From contig CAVRUV010000013.1 in assembly GCA_963724455.1 (NCBI GenBank), forward strand, positions 1 through 62,431: a DNA stretch of 62,431 bases. The letters run 5' to 3'. Of this stretch, positions 28,550 through 37,912 are shown in pieces. How positions within the stretch are numbered: position 1 is the stretch's first letter; the number at the start of each line of letters is the position of its first letter. The stretch comes from an uncultured Candidatus Woesearchaeota archaeon. GTDB lineage: Archaea > Nanobdellota > Nanobdellia > Woesearchaeales > UBA525. The notes beneath the pieces are model-generated. The model did not search any database and was not told the origin of the DNA. It saw only the letters and a program-made list of their open reading frames with translations. Made by a program: the position numbers and the translations under genes.

Positions 28550-28715
28550 ATAATCACCCTATAGAACATAAAACTTATGTCCCTTCATAAATCTACTGTT
28601 TTTATTGATATTTATTGAGAATATACTTTAAAAATTACTTTAAAAATTAAAAATTTGTTAATAAATATGTGCGGATAATGAGTTCGATAATGATTCCAAC
28701 AGACTCAAACAATAA

Positions 28716-29981
28716 TCATCTTGTTCTTACTAGAATTTGTTGAGAAAGATGATTGTATATGTTGATGCATTCTTGAGCTGGACTCTCCCATGAGAAACTC
28801 TGTATTTCAATCATACCGTGATGAGTGAGCATTTGATGCAAAGGATCGTACGCAAGCGCTGCAACCATCTTATTTGCCAAATCATCTATGTCCCAAAAAT
28901 CTACTTTGAGCGCATTTTTAAGGACTTCAGATACGCCAGATTGCCTGCTCACAATAACAGGAGTTCCCTGCTTCATTGCCTCTAATGGCACAATGCCGAA
29001 TGGTTCGCTAACGCTCGGCATAACGAAAAGGTCTGCCATTCGATACAAGCGATCACCTTCTTCTCTGGTTACGAATCCTGGGAAAATAACACGATGACCA
29101 ATTCCTAATTGTGCTGCGCGTTCAATCATACGCGGCAACATATCGCCTGTTCCTGCAATAACAAACTTGACATTAGGCAGGATTGCTGCAACTTTTGCTG
29201 CAGCTTCAACAAAATAATCAGGGCCTTTTTGCAAAGTAACTCTTCCTAAGAAAAGAACCATCTTCTCGTCTTCACTGATACGTTCCCTAGATACACCCAT
29301 ATCTTGATCGTTGAATTCTACACTGTTGTATACTACTTGGATCTTTGCTGGATCAACATGATAATTATTAATCAAACGTTGTTTGACAAAATTACTTACT
29401 GCAATAACCACATCTGCTTCATGAAATCCTCTATGCTCAACTGAGTATACTTCAGAATCGGCGTGCATTCCGCCAGTCTTATCGAACTCAGTAATATGAC
29501 AATGCAAAATAAGAGGTTTTCCTGTTGCTTTCTTTAGCGCAAGAGCGGCAGGAATTGTAGTCCAATCGTGCGCGTGGATGACATCAAAATCTTCTGTTTG
29601 TGCAATAAGGACTGCTGCTTGTGCAAAACGGGCCATCTCTTCAAGTAGGTTTTGGCCATACAATCCTTTTTGCTTTTTATCTTGTGGCATGATAACTGTG
29701 TTTGAGTATGTCTGTTGCTGCATCCAAGTATACTCTTCTTTTGAAGTATAAGCAGTAAGGGTGCTGGTAATTCTGATTGGCTTAATGCCCATTTGTTCCA
29801 TTTTTCTGCTTGCAACAAGAAGTTTAACATGAGAACTGGTTACATCATCTGGGCCTTTTGGCATGAGATAAGTTATATGAATTCCTTTTTTCGCAAGTGC
29901 TCGCGTAAGTTCAAAACAGACTGTTCCTACGCCTCCTGCAAAATAGGGTGGAAATTCCCAACCTAACATTAAAACTCTCAT
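28716..29981 (-). CDS. Glycosyltransferase, GT-B group 1 (GT4/GT5, glycogen-synthase-like)
   Basis: Start moved to MRVLMLGWEFPP (ATG 29981-29979, SD GAGGGG). Motifs 'GGVGTVCFELTRALAKKG' and the EX7E region 'SEPFGIVPLEAMKQGTPVIVS'. Confidence 0.8.
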   Translation of the reverse strand: MRVLMLGWEFPPYFAGGVGTVCFELTRALAKKGIHITYLMPKGPDDVTSSHVKLLVASRKMEQMGIKPIRITSTLTAYTSKEEYTWMQQQTYSNTVIMPQDKKQKGLYGQNLLEEMARFAQAAVLIAQTEDFDVIHAHDWTTIPAALALKKATGKPLILHCHITEFDKTGGMHADSEVYSVEHRGFHEADVVIAVSNFVKQRLINNYHVDPAKIQVVYNSVEFNDQDMGVSRERISEDEKMVLFLGRVTLQKGPDYFVEAAAKVAAILPNVKFVIAGTGDMLPRMIERAAQLGIGHRVIFPGFVTREEGDRLYRMADLFVMPSVSEPFGIVPLEAMKQGTPVIVSRQSGVSEVLKNALKVDFWDIDDLANKMVAALAYDPLHQMLTHHGMIEIQSFSWESPAQECINIYNHLSQQILVRTR

Positions 29982-30342
29982 ACTTTTCTCCCCTCTTTTG
30001 AACAATAGTATTGACTCGGCATCGATGTGGTATCGACTATATTTCTATAAATCCGATACTTAATCAAATACCTCAGTTTACTATCAATTTTGACAGTTTC
30101 TACTACCTGCGCAACATTGTTAGCGCATTACCTCTACTACCATTCATAAACGCTCTAGTTTAATCGATATATAAATCTATGCCCCCCCTAATTTAATAGA
30201 GATTCGCATAAAACCCCCAAAGGCCTTAAATTGAGTATTCGCCGTTCGTGAGTTCTAAAAGATATGTTAAGTATGTTAAATACTTATTAACTATTATTAG
30301 TATAATACTAACTAAATAACGAACTAAAGGAAAAGTATATTA

Positions 30343-31011
30343 ATGAGTTATGCTTTAAAAACAATAATGCAACAAGACCAACTTCTGACAAACATACGCT
30401 GGGAGATAATAAAATCAATTTCTAGCAATAAAGCATCAGCTACAGAACTTGCAAAGAACATAAAAAGCACCCTTCCTAACGTCAGCCAACAGCTAAAACT
30501 TCTTGAAGCATACGATTTTGTAGAATATGTAAGAGACCAAAAACGATCCCAAGGAAAGCCACGACAAATCTACGCCCTCAAAAAAGAACTCTGTCACATC
30601 ACCTATGCAAGACACGGCTTGGCAGAAAAACGATTGTTCAACCCCGATGTCTTCCATACTATGCTTCTCAACATCTTATTCATCCCAAACCTGCAAGACC
30701 ATCCATACACCATCAAACATCTCTGCAGCAACGATGAACTTGTTACCAAATGCGCGATTGCGTATCTGAAAAGCACAGAAGCAGAACTTCATATCCTGCA
30801 AGTAACAGATGAAGTAGAATACATTCGCAATAAATATAGCAACTTGTTTGTAGAACATAATGGAAAAACTCGCAAGATTGTTGCATGGACTCATAGTATA
30901 AAGGAGATTCAAGAGGGTTTAGCAAGGCATGAACCGTATTTTGAGGGCCTAGTAAAAGACCCTATCATAATACATGATCCAAAAAACTTCATTGAAAAAG
31001 TAAAGAAATAA
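30343..31011 (+). CDS. ArsR-type winged-helix transcription regulator with C-terminal extension
   Basis: 'IRWEIIKSISSNKASATELAKNIKSTLPNVSQQLKLLEAYDFVEY' has the ArsR/SmtB HTH pattern. Confidence 0.65.
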   Translation: MSYALKTIMQQDQLLTNIRWEIIKSISSNKASATELAKNIKSTLPNVSQQLKLLEAYDFVEYVRDQKRSQGKPRQIYALKKELCHITYARHGLAEKRLFNPDVFHTMLLNILFIPNLQDHPYTIKHLCSNDELVTKCAIAYLKSTEAELHILQVTDEVEYIRNKYSNLFVEHNGKTRKIVAWTHSIKEIQEGLARHEPYFEGLVKDPIIIHDPKNFIEKVKK

Positions 31012-31044
31012 AGAAAAGAGAGAAAGGAAATCATTTAGAAAAAA

Positions 31045-31181
31045 TGGCACCTTGGAGTAATTCCAGAAACTGCTCCGATTTATGCAGGAGCAGTTTCGTA
31101 AAATCCCGGACCGTTTCGGTTCGAAGAATCGAAACCGCAGGAACGTAGTGACGAGGTAGGGAGGACAGATACTCCGTGCCA
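31045..31181 (+). ncRNA. Structured repeat family, copy E (expanded third arm)
   Basis: TGGCAC-CTT-GGAGTA ... TACTCC-GTGCCA. Hairpin GAAACTGCTCC / GGAGCAGTTTC capped by GATTTATGCA. Extended arm GGTTTCG..CGAAACC. Confidence 0.6.
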
Positions 31182-31225
31182 AGAAAGATAATAATCATTT
31201 GGGAAAGAGGTGAGGAGCTGACCCA

Positions 31226-31495
31226 ATGAACAAACTCGCATCACTCATCAAAACACTCCCGCCAGAAGACATTCTACTTATCAAAAAAGATATTGAAGAA
31301 GGCAATCTACAACAAGTCATACAAGAAAGACTTGCAGAACTAGAGCTGCCGCAAAAGGTCTGTCCAACCTGCAATGCTCCATTAGATGACGATGCACCAT
31401 ACGTTCTATATTTTGGCGTAGGAATCAGAAAAAAAGCAAGGTTTGATGGAAAAGATTGCTTGAAGACATTTTTGGATGAAACCGATGATTCATAA
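31226..31495 (+). CDS. Small hypothetical protein (possible Zn-binding CPTC motif)
   Basis: 89-aa ORF with SD GAGGTGAGGAG upstream. Confidence 0.45.
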   Translation: MNKLASLIKTLPPEDILLIKKDIEEGNLQQVIQERLAELELPQKVCPTCNAPLDDDAPYVLYFGVGIRKKARFDGKDCLKTFLDETDDS

Positions 31496-32149
31496 CATGC
31501 CGTTTAAATGATCTTGCAATAACTTATATTCTGTAGAAACTTTAGAACTATCAAAGGCTAATGGGACTTTATAGTTATTACTTGCACTCACGAATGTACC
31601 ATTCATTTGAAAATGCCTATAAACTGGATTTTGTTCAACTTGACCCAATGGAGTCGCAGAACTTCCTTCAAGTCTAGCTTCAGAGAGCTTAGGTAATCGT
31701 GATTTAGATGGTTGTGAAGCAAAGTGGGGTGAAAATGATTGTGGTAAGAATAATTGTTGTAAGAATTCTGCAGGTTCCATAAAGAAGAGAGATTCTATAA
31801 TGCATAAAAAACTATCCAAAAATCAGTTTGACCTTCTTAAATCAGGCACATACAATCTTTTTATTGGAGGTAACTCAACTGACACAGTATTAAGTGCAAG
31901 ATTATTGTGTGCAGATAATGACCCTGACATGCGAGAACTATCAATTAATCTTCTAAAACTATCCTGCACCGGATTTTGCCAGGAATCGTGCGGGTTAGCT
32001 GTTGCGTTTTGTTTGCTTTGATTATTTCTATTACCTAGAACATAATCTGGGAAAAGCGATGGCTTTATCGGAGCTAAAGAGCGTATTGCCGAATAACCTG
32101 GTTCATAAGATCCTGGCGTGTAATAGTTGAAATCCATATATGTACCCAT
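31490..32149 (-). pseudogene. Single reading frame split by one in-frame TGA (two track ORFs, 108 + 109 aa)
   Basis: ORFs 31823-32149 and 31490-31819 share a frame; only TGA (31825-31823) plus one codon separates them. The second ORF begins with TTG. Composition is low-complexity S/P/N/Q-rich. Confidence 0.25.
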
Positions 32150-32497
32150 ATCTAGAATATTTAGAAATGGCAGATAGCATAAAAAGATGATGATTTTGTA
32201 ATAGAAAACAAAAAAAACGTCATAACTCTCAGCTTCAGTCTAGGATTTAATTCTAGAAAAATAAATAAAACATGAAAAATTTCAATTCTTAATCATATCA
32301 TCATCAAAACTAATCAAATTGAATTTCTACGACTAAAATCCTCTAATGCATCAAACAATAAAAAATATGCTTTTAGAAAACTAACTAAACTAGATTATTA
32401 GTAAATCCTAAACTACTTTTCTGAGAGAAGAAACATACTATAATTATTAAAAAAATATAAAAAATAAATTAAAAAATAAAAATCACATCTAACGGTT

Positions 32498-33172
32498 TTA
32501 TCGGCCCCTAGTGTTTTTCGTGCCTTTTTGCTTACGCTCATGCATCTTTTTCATATGACCCTTCTTAGCCTTCAAAGACGGTCTTACTCTTGCAGTCTTT
32601 GGAGGCATTGGAGCCATTGGTGCTTCACGCTTCTCGTGAGATTCAATAACTGCTTCGTGACCATTAAGCGCAACATAACCACTAACTGCCTTAACATCAA
32701 GTTCTTGATGTGGGTTCTCGAGCACAAGATGCGGGTGTTGATGTTGAGATGTTTGTTGCGGCTGCATGCGGCGTCGCACTTCTGTCTCAATTTCTGCTCT
32801 AACGCGTGCTTCTTCGCGTTTTCTATCGAAGTAATTTGTAACTGCTTGCTTTGGCTTGTTGTATGCCTTCTTTGCAGTGTTTGGAATGTGCTCAGTAAAG
32901 AGTCTCTTAGTACTCTTTGTGACGTGAGTTACCATTTTATTTGTCTTCTCGACAAATGGACTTGGTTTTTGACGCTCAAGATCAACTTGAATGTTCTTAT
33001 CCTGGTCAACGCCGAGTTGATAATCGATTGTGCGCAAGAAATTCTCAATCTCCTTTATTGCACCATAAATCTGGTGTTGTGTTGCTGGATCAAGTTTTGC
33101 GTTGTTCTGTAATTGTTGCACTAAAGCTGCTCTACGCTCTTCATATTCTCTTTTGAGATTTGCGAGTGACAT
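32498..33172 (-). CDS. Basic coiled-coil hypothetical protein
   Basis: 224-aa ORF with a charged helical N-half and a very basic C-terminus (KAKKGHMKKMHERKQKGTKNTRGR). Confidence 0.45.
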   Translation of the reverse strand: MSLANLKREYEERRAALVQQLQNNAKLDPATQHQIYGAIKEIENFLRTIDYQLGVDQDKNIQVDLERQKPSPFVEKTNKMVTHVTKSTKRLFTEHIPNTAKKAYNKPKQAVTNYFDRKREEARVRAEIETEVRRRMQPQQTSQHQHPHLVLENPHQELDVKAVSGYVALNGHEAVIESHEKREAPMAPMPPKTARVRPSLKAKKGHMKKMHERKQKGTKNTRGR

Positions 33173-33322
33173 GTATAACCACCTATTTGTTTATTGTAAA
33201 CGACTCAAGAGGAGATATATAAAATATACGCAAAAGTAGCTGAAAAAATGTAGTATTTGGTAGAAATGTGCTAGTTATTTAGAAAGTTGAGTATTTGGAA
33301 ATCTTACGGAAAATCCTAAAAA

Positions 33323-33733
33323 ATGTATTTAAACAAAATTGACTTAGTAATATTTATGGTATGTATAGAATGTGGCGGCTTTGACTGTTATGCAATGGGT
33401 AGATGTATTAATCAACCTAATTCTACAGAACGAAGATCAATAAGGTTATGTGCAGAATTTGATGCAAGTGATTCAATAGAAAGAAATAAAAAATATTCTT
33501 TAAAATCACCTAAACCAACTTCTATATGCGATTTAAGAATAGATGAACAATATGGTTGGAAGTCTATTCGAGAAAGAATATATAATGATGCATACAACAG
33601 AGAAATTACTAGAATAAATTTTAGCACACCTATGTCAGATCCATTAGATCAGTTACCTAAACTAAATAAACCTGAAACCAACAACGATAATTTTTTTGGA
33701 ATAGTAAAAATTGACCTATCAAAATACAAATAA
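33323..33733 (+). CDS. Hypothetical protein (Cys cluster CIECGGFDC near the N-terminus)
   Basis: 136-aa AT-rich ORF; no known motif. Confidence 0.3.
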   Translation: MYLNKIDLVIFMVCIECGGFDCYAMGRCINQPNSTERRSIRLCAEFDASDSIERNKKYSLKSPKPTSICDLRIDEQYGWKSIRERIYNDAYNREITRINFSTPMSDPLDQLPKLNKPETNNDNFFGIVKIDLSKYK

Positions 33734-33799
33734 TACAAAGATGATTCTTATTCTAAAACAATTCTATAATACAGATAAGATCAATTCTATATGAATTAT

Positions 33800-33952
33800 T
33801 TATTCAAACTCAAACTTTCTTTTTTTAGCTCGCATGAAAACTAAGCCATCACGCATCTCGATTTGTGTGCGCGTCACAGCATTCTCGCTCAGCGTCGCAA
33901 ACTCGAGGAATCGTGAGCCATTAGCTTCACGCGTCAGTGCTGTTTGCAGCAT
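33800..33952 (-). CDS. 50-aa micro-ORF in a GC-rich island
   Basis: Own translation: MLQTALTREANGSRFLEFATLSENAVTRTQIEMRDGLVFMRAKKRKFEFE*, preceded by AAGGTGAT. Local GC is clearly above background. Confidence 0.3.
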   Translation of the reverse strand: MLQTALTREANGSRFLEFATLSENAVTRTQIEMRDGLVFMRAKKRKFEFE

Positions 33953-34014
33953 GACATATCACCTTACCCAAGATGATACCGGTCTAAAGGATATATAAAA
34001 TATTCTATATTTCA

Positions 34015-34080
34015 ATATTACAACAAAAGTATAACAGATATTACAACAAAGTTATAACAAATATTAGCACAAAATAAATA
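34015..34080. repeat. Three tandem ~23-bp direct repeats (ATATTACAACAAARKTATAACAR)
   Basis: ATATTACAACAAAAGTATAACAG / ATATTACAACAAAGTTATAACAA / ATATTAGCACAAAATAAATAC, in the divergent intergenic region. Confidence 0.6.
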
Positions 34081-34191
34081 CTATTCAAATTCTTAAAGAA
34101 ACATATTTCGTTCAACATCGAGAATAATTTCCAGACGATAAAAAGATTTTCAATATACACATTAGTATACTGCACGAAAACTATATATACT

Positions 34192-34548
34192 ATGGATGAG
34201 AATACACAACTAAGGGGTAAGAGAAAATACGTTCAAGCTTTAAGCGAAAGCTACAATGCTACGTATGTCTCGATGAAAATGTTAGAAGACGTCGATGAAA
34301 TAATGAGTATGCATCGTAAGCTAGCTAGCAGAGTAATACAAGAAAATGAAATGGAGACACAGCTCAAAGTTCTTGAAATCATACAATCATTACAGCCTAA
34401 TCAGAATAAGCAATTGCAGAAAGCAAAAATTCTTACTGTAGCAGAACTTGAAGGCGTTGGTTATGATGATACTATTCGCGCGCTTCGATCTCTTGAAGGA
34501 ATGGGATACATAAAAGAAGTAACGCCGGGATATTTTAAGAGGACGTGA
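34192..34548 (+). CDS. Small putative winged-helix protein
   Basis: 118-aa ORF; the C-terminal 'TVAELEGVGYDDTIRALRSLEGMGYIKEV' is wHTH-like. Confidence 0.4.
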   Translation: MDENTQLRGKRKYVQALSESYNATYVSMKMLEDVDEIMSMHRKLASRVIQENEMETQLKVLEIIQSLQPNQNKQLQKAKILTVAELEGVGYDDTIRALRSLEGMGYIKEVTPGYFKRT

Positions 34549-34552
34549 ATAC

Positions 34553-34915
34553 ATGAAACTCACTAGTGTCCAGCAATTCATGCTGTATGCCCTCGGCACC
34601 TGTTATGCTGAATTAGACGAAAGATTTTCTAATAAACCGGTTGAGATTACAATGAGCAAGGTCGATTTTATCGATCTTATCCATAAAGCAGAGATTGTTG
34701 CAAAAAAAGATCGTGCTGTTTACAAAAATTTAGAGAGCTTAGAAAAACTAAAGCTCATCGGGTATAACAATAAAGTAATCAAGCTTACAACTAAAGGAAA
34801 GAACGAGTACGATAAGATAAAAATCGTAATCAATCCTTACATAATTGTAACAAACACGCTTACTAGCGACGATATTTTAAAATACACTAATCGTGCACAG
34901 ACTGTTTTAAAATAG
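34553..34915 (+). CDS. Small putative winged-helix protein
   Basis: 120-aa ORF starting 4 nt after the previous stop; 'YKNLESLEKLKLIGYNNKVIKLTTKGKNEY' is wHTH-like. Confidence 0.4.
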   Translation: MKLTSVQQFMLYALGTCYAELDERFSNKPVEITMSKVDFIDLIHKAEIVAKKDRAVYKNLESLEKLKLIGYNNKVIKLTTKGKNEYDKIKIVINPYIIVTNTLTSDDILKYTNRAQTVLK

Positions 34916-34924
34916 AACTACACT

Positions 34925-35017
34925 GGCTACGGAGAATTGTTCTTCGTTCCTCAGAAGTTTTATGAAAAATCGTCTGCATGAATCGACGATTTTTCTAGGA
35001 TTTACTCCAAGGTAGCC
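34925..35017 (-). ncRNA. Structured repeat family, copy G
   Basis: Minus-strand reading: GGCTAC-CTT-GGAGTAAATCC...CTCC-GTAGCC. Hairpin GAAAAATCGTC / GACGATTTTTC capped by GATTCATGCA. Starts 59 nt after the ATPase stop on the same strand. Confidence 0.6.
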
Positions 35018-35076
35018 TTAACTAAAAATATTATGATAAAAACTAAATAAAAAAGAAATTATAAAAAATAATGTAT

Positions 35077-37830
35077 TCACGCAATTCTTTTAACAGCGTG
35101 TTTTTTTGCAAATAACCAAACTACGAACTTACTTGCTTCCATAATCAAAAAGCAAATGATTGATATCTCAATTATTTCGAGCCAATCAGCACCAGTTAAA
35201 GGCACTGTCTCGAATACTCTTTGCATCACATCCCAATAGATAACAATCAACTGTATTACAACAGATAATGCAACTGCCGCGAGCAATCGCCAATTCGTAA
35301 AAGGATTTAATTTCTTCAACGATGGATACATTGATCTGCTGCTCATTACTGCAAACATTTGTATTATCACAAGCGTAGAAAACGCCATGGTCTGCGCGTG
35401 ACGTAAATCAATATCTTTGTACTGCAAGAAAACATATATCGCTCCAAGACCCATTACAATGCCAAATACAATTATTGAAAAGAGCATCTGCATATTTACC
35501 GGTTTTTCATTCGGATCACGAGGAGGTCGTTGCATGATTCCTTCATCAGCAGACTCCATACCAAGACCGAGCGATGGGAAATCATCAGTAAGCAAATTCA
35601 TGAGCAATAACTGCAAAGGCAATAATGGAAATGGAAATGCCATTACAAGCGCAATGAATGCCGCAGTAAGTTCGCCTGCGTTGCAAGATAATAGATAACG
35701 CGCTGATTTCAAGATCTTGTCATAGATATTCCTTCCTTCTTCTATTGCATTGACAATGGATGAAAAATTATCATCAACAAGGACTGCTTTTGCAACCTCT
35801 TTAGCAACATCAGTTCCTGAACCCATTGCAATGCCAATATCTGCACGTTTTAGTGCGGGTGCATCATTAACACCGTCCCCCGTCATTGCAACAATATGTC
35901 CATGCACTTTGAGCGCATCTACTATGCGCACTTTCTGTATTGGAAGAGCGCGTGCAACAATACTAACATAATTAATCTTAGACTGCAGCTCAGCATCGCT
36001 CATTTTTTCAAGTTCTTCACCAGTTATAACAATGCTATCTTGCTGCCACAACCCAATCTTTAATGCAATTGCTTTTGCTGTGACTGCATGATCTCCGGTG
36101 ATCATTATGACTTTGATGCCTGCTGCATGGCACTTGTTTACTGCATCAAAAACTTCTCCACGCGCCGGATCAATCATGCCCATAAGACCAACAAAAATAA
36201 GGTTTCGCTCAACTTGGTCTATAGTATATTTATTATTTGCAGATCTCTTCTGCGAATGAGGATTCAATGCAGATATTGCAGGCACTTCACTATACGCAAA
36301 TCCTAAAACGCGAAGCGCATTTTGCGCATAACAAAGATTCGCGTCTAGGATTCTTTCACGATCTTTTGGAGTCAATTTCTTGACTTTGCCATTTTCAAGA
36401 TAACGATCGCATTTCTTGAGCAATAAATCAGGAGCTCCTTTAGTGTAAGCAAATAATTTCTTGCTATTCTTGCTATCTTTACCGTCTTTGACAATGACAC
36501 TCATGCATTTTCTATCAGAATCAAATGGTAGTTGGTAAAGTGCAGGATATTTTTCGCAAAGAGCGCTTTCATGAACATTGCGTTTCCTGCTCACGACAAG
36601 CAATGCACCTTCGGTTGGATCACCAATAATCTCATTATGTTTTGTCTCCAAATTCTCTTTGAGTCTTGCATCATTACAGACTACACCGATGCGCAACAGG
36701 AAATCAATTTTTTTTGCATCAAACGATTTATCATCGCAAGTGAATTCTCCTGTTGTATCATATCCTGAACCGCTTACTTTAATTAATTTCCCATCACAAT
36801 AGATATCAGTCACAGTCATTTCATTTTTTGTGAGAGTTCCTGTTTTATCGGTGCAAATGACGGTTGCAGCACCAAGGCTTTCTGCTGCAGCAAGTTTTTT
36901 GATGAGCATATTCTTTTTTGCAAGGCGGTTTGCACCCGTAGATAATCCTACAGTAACCATGACCGGCAAGGATTCTGGAATGACTGATACAGTAAGAGCT
37001 AATGCAAAGAAAAAGAGCATCTTGTAGTCTACTGTGCCAGTTGCTCGCAAATAACCAATGAGCATGACTAGAGCAACAAGAATGATAACAACAATGCCAA
37101 TTTGCTTTGCCATCATCTCAAATTTATTTTGTAATGGCGTCTGCTCTTCTTTTGTTTGCTGAATTGATGAGGCTATCTTTCCGAATTCAGTTAACTTACC
37201 TGTGCCGATTACAATCGCTCTTGCTTTGCCGTAAGTAACATTCGTTCCGCTAAATACCATGCTTTTCTGGTCAGGCACACGAACACCTGCCTTGCATGCT
37301 AGCAATGATTTTTCTGATGGAACGCTCTCTCCAGTAAGCGATGCTTCCTGTACTTGCAAGCTATCGCAGGATATCAAGCGAGAATCTGCTGGAATGATAT
37401 CTCCTGCTTCAAGAAAGATTATATCTCCGGGAACAAGATTTTTTGCAGGAATTCTCTGATCAATTCCGTCGCGCAGTACTTTTGCAAAAGGTGCTGCGAC
37501 TTTTTCTAATGCCTCCATTGATTGCTCTGCTTTGTATTCTTGGAATGTACCCATGATTGCATTCAAAATTAGCATGAAGAATATCGCGCCGGCTTCAAGA
37601 AATTCTCCTGATAATAATGCAAGAAATCCCGCAAAGATTAAGAGAATGATGAGTGCGTCTGCAAATTGCGAAAAGAAAATATGCCAAACAGTAATTTTTT
37701 TTCCTTTTGGAAGTTGATTGTGCCCATATTGCTGCAAACGCATTGTTGCTTCTTGTGTTGAAAGCCCTTTAGTTGAAGAGTGCAAATCATCTATTACTTG
37801 TTCTGGACGCATTGAATAGTAATCTGACAT
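35077..37830 (-). CDS. P-type cation-transporting ATPase (P2, Ca2+-ATPase-like)
   Basis: Motifs LTGESVP, IPESLP (TM4), ICTDKTGTLT and MTGDGVNDAPALKRADIGIAMG; 917 aa with 10 predicted TM segments. Confidence 0.85.
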   Translation of the reverse strand: MSDYYSMRPEQVIDDLHSSTKGLSTQEATMRLQQYGHNQLPKGKKITVWHIFFSQFADALIILLIFAGFLALLSGEFLEAGAIFFMLILNAIMGTFQEYKAEQSMEALEKVAAPFAKVLRDGIDQRIPAKNLVPGDIIFLEAGDIIPADSRLISCDSLQVQEASLTGESVPSEKSLLACKAGVRVPDQKSMVFSGTNVTYGKARAIVIGTGKLTEFGKIASSIQQTKEEQTPLQNKFEMMAKQIGIVVIILVALVMLIGYLRATGTVDYKMLFFFALALTVSVIPESLPVMVTVGLSTGANRLAKKNMLIKKLAAAESLGAATVICTDKTGTLTKNEMTVTDIYCDGKLIKVSGSGYDTTGEFTCDDKSFDAKKIDFLLRIGVVCNDARLKENLETKHNEIIGDPTEGALLVVSRKRNVHESALCEKYPALYQLPFDSDRKCMSVIVKDGKDSKNSKKLFAYTKGAPDLLLKKCDRYLENGKVKKLTPKDRERILDANLCYAQNALRVLGFAYSEVPAISALNPHSQKRSANNKYTIDQVERNLIFVGLMGMIDPARGEVFDAVNKCHAAGIKVIMITGDHAVTAKAIALKIGLWQQDSIVITGEELEKMSDAELQSKINYVSIVARALPIQKVRIVDALKVHGHIVAMTGDGVNDAPALKRADIGIAMGSGTDVAKEVAKAVLVDDNFSSIVNAIEEGRNIYDKILKSARYLLSCNAGELTAAFIALVMAFPFPLLPLQLLLMNLLTDDFPSLGLGMESADEGIMQRPPRDPNEKPVNMQMLFSIIVFGIVMGLGAIYVFLQYKDIDLRHAQTMAFSTLVIIQMFAVMSSRSMYPSLKKLNPFTNWRLLAAVALSVVIQLIVIYWDVMQRVFETVPLTGADWLEIIEISIICFLIMEASKFVVWLFAKKHAVKRIA

Positions 37831-37912
37831 AGTACACCAACTCTTTTAGCAAAATAGTTCCTTATAAAAGTGCGTTTCCACTTCAATGTAAGAACGAAAA
37901 AATGTCCAAACC

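Noticed and set aside
33830-33955. The GC-rich island as another copy of the structured repeat or another ncRNA
   Set aside because: It lacks the CCTTGGAG / GATTCATGCA / GTAAAWCC motifs and I could not draw stable helices. It contains only short direct GCGTCA repeats, so a small SD-led ORF is the better, though still weak, explanation.
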